64,000 nt of DNA from an uncultured Christensenella sp. (GTDB lineage Bacteria > Bacillota > Clostridia > Christensenellales > UBA1242): positions 21,108 to 85,107 of the forward strand of contig CAZOFH010000002.1 of NCBI GenBank assembly GCA_964579205.1, given 5' to 3'. Positions 63,589 to 64,000 of this stretch are shown here, in pieces. The notes beneath the pieces were generated by a model, which worked only from the letters and a program-made list of their open reading frames with translations, had not been told where the DNA came from and searched no databases. Position 1 is the stretch's first letter, and each line of letters opens with the position of its first letter. The position numbers and the translations under genes were made by a program.

Positions 63589-64000
63589 GCTCAAATCGTG
63601 TATCATCCTGTGTTTTTGTATGAATATGGCGCGCATCTTTAAAACTTTTGTGCGTTTTTCTGTGTGAAACGGTGCGTTTTCTGCGCATATATGGCGCGTT
63701 TTTGCGGGAAATGGGGCGGAATATCGCTGCGACTCAATGATGGGGCGTATCGATTATTTTCGCTTGTTTTTGCGGGTGTGTGGGGGAGGCTCGTACAGGA
63801 GGGCTAGTGCGGAAAAATGCTAGTTTTTTGGGCTTGACTGGGGCAATGAGTGCTGCTAGTCGCGGCGTTTCGTCTCTCGCGGCTGCAAGGTAAAAAGTGT
63901 GCAGTTGTACGGCGGCTGTGGCGGGAAGCTGGGGAGTGAGCGGGATTGTGTATTGACTTTCAAATATTACTGAGAGTGGGGGATAGATGATATTTTGCAA

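Noticed and set aside
63734-64000. 88-aa minus-strand ORF at the window edge
   Set aside because: It is a P/A/T-rich low-complexity translation of G/T-rich repeat DNA with no homology signal. It may be revisited if downstream sequence shows otherwise.

Overview
This 64-kb chromosomal window reads like a Bacillota (Firmicutes)-type genome. That assignment is an inference from era-yqzL-recO synteny, spoVG, sepF, helD and nrdR, near-consensus sigma-A promoters (TTGACA-17/18-TATAAT, often with an extended TGn) and A-rich intergenic DNA.

The housekeeping backbone is clpX (5' end cut by the window edge), uppP, era, recO, murG, a type IIA topoisomerase B/A pair, a fused DUF1538 membrane protein with two P-II proteins, dnaA with an upstream DnaA-box cluster, tRNA-Gly(UCC), sepF-lspA-rluD, tRNA-Leu(CAG), a DEAD-box helicase, an S1 protease, tRNA-Asn(GUU), an alpha2-type GlyRS, helD-nrdR and spoVG.

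The accessory or unusual content is:
- Three tandem diverged paralogs of unknown function, each with its own conserved promoter/5'UTR cassette (1.0-4.2 kb).
- A family of lipobox-anchored surface proteins with InlB-B-repeat/GLUG motifs (303 aa, 975 aa and a 4873-aa giant). Two unknown cytoplasmic proteins precede the giant.
- An AT-rich islet next to tRNA-Leu that carries a 20-bp-periodic direct-repeat array.
- A 4-gene sugar-activation/glycosyltransferase operon whose promoter spacer contains a G11 tract, making it a phase-variation candidate.
- A previously unrecognised (to me) mosaic family of intergenic repeats with a covarying hairpin (53.6, 55.5-55.7 and 62.2-62.3 kb).
- A 43-nt perfect hairpin with a degenerate second copy.
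- A metallophosphoesterase homolog with every metal-ligand motif replaced.

I saw no rRNA, CRISPR array, transposase, integrase or phage genes. All calls come from reading the sequence and the ORF track by eye. Hairpin and promoter coordinates may be off by about 2 nt, and no database search or computation was run.
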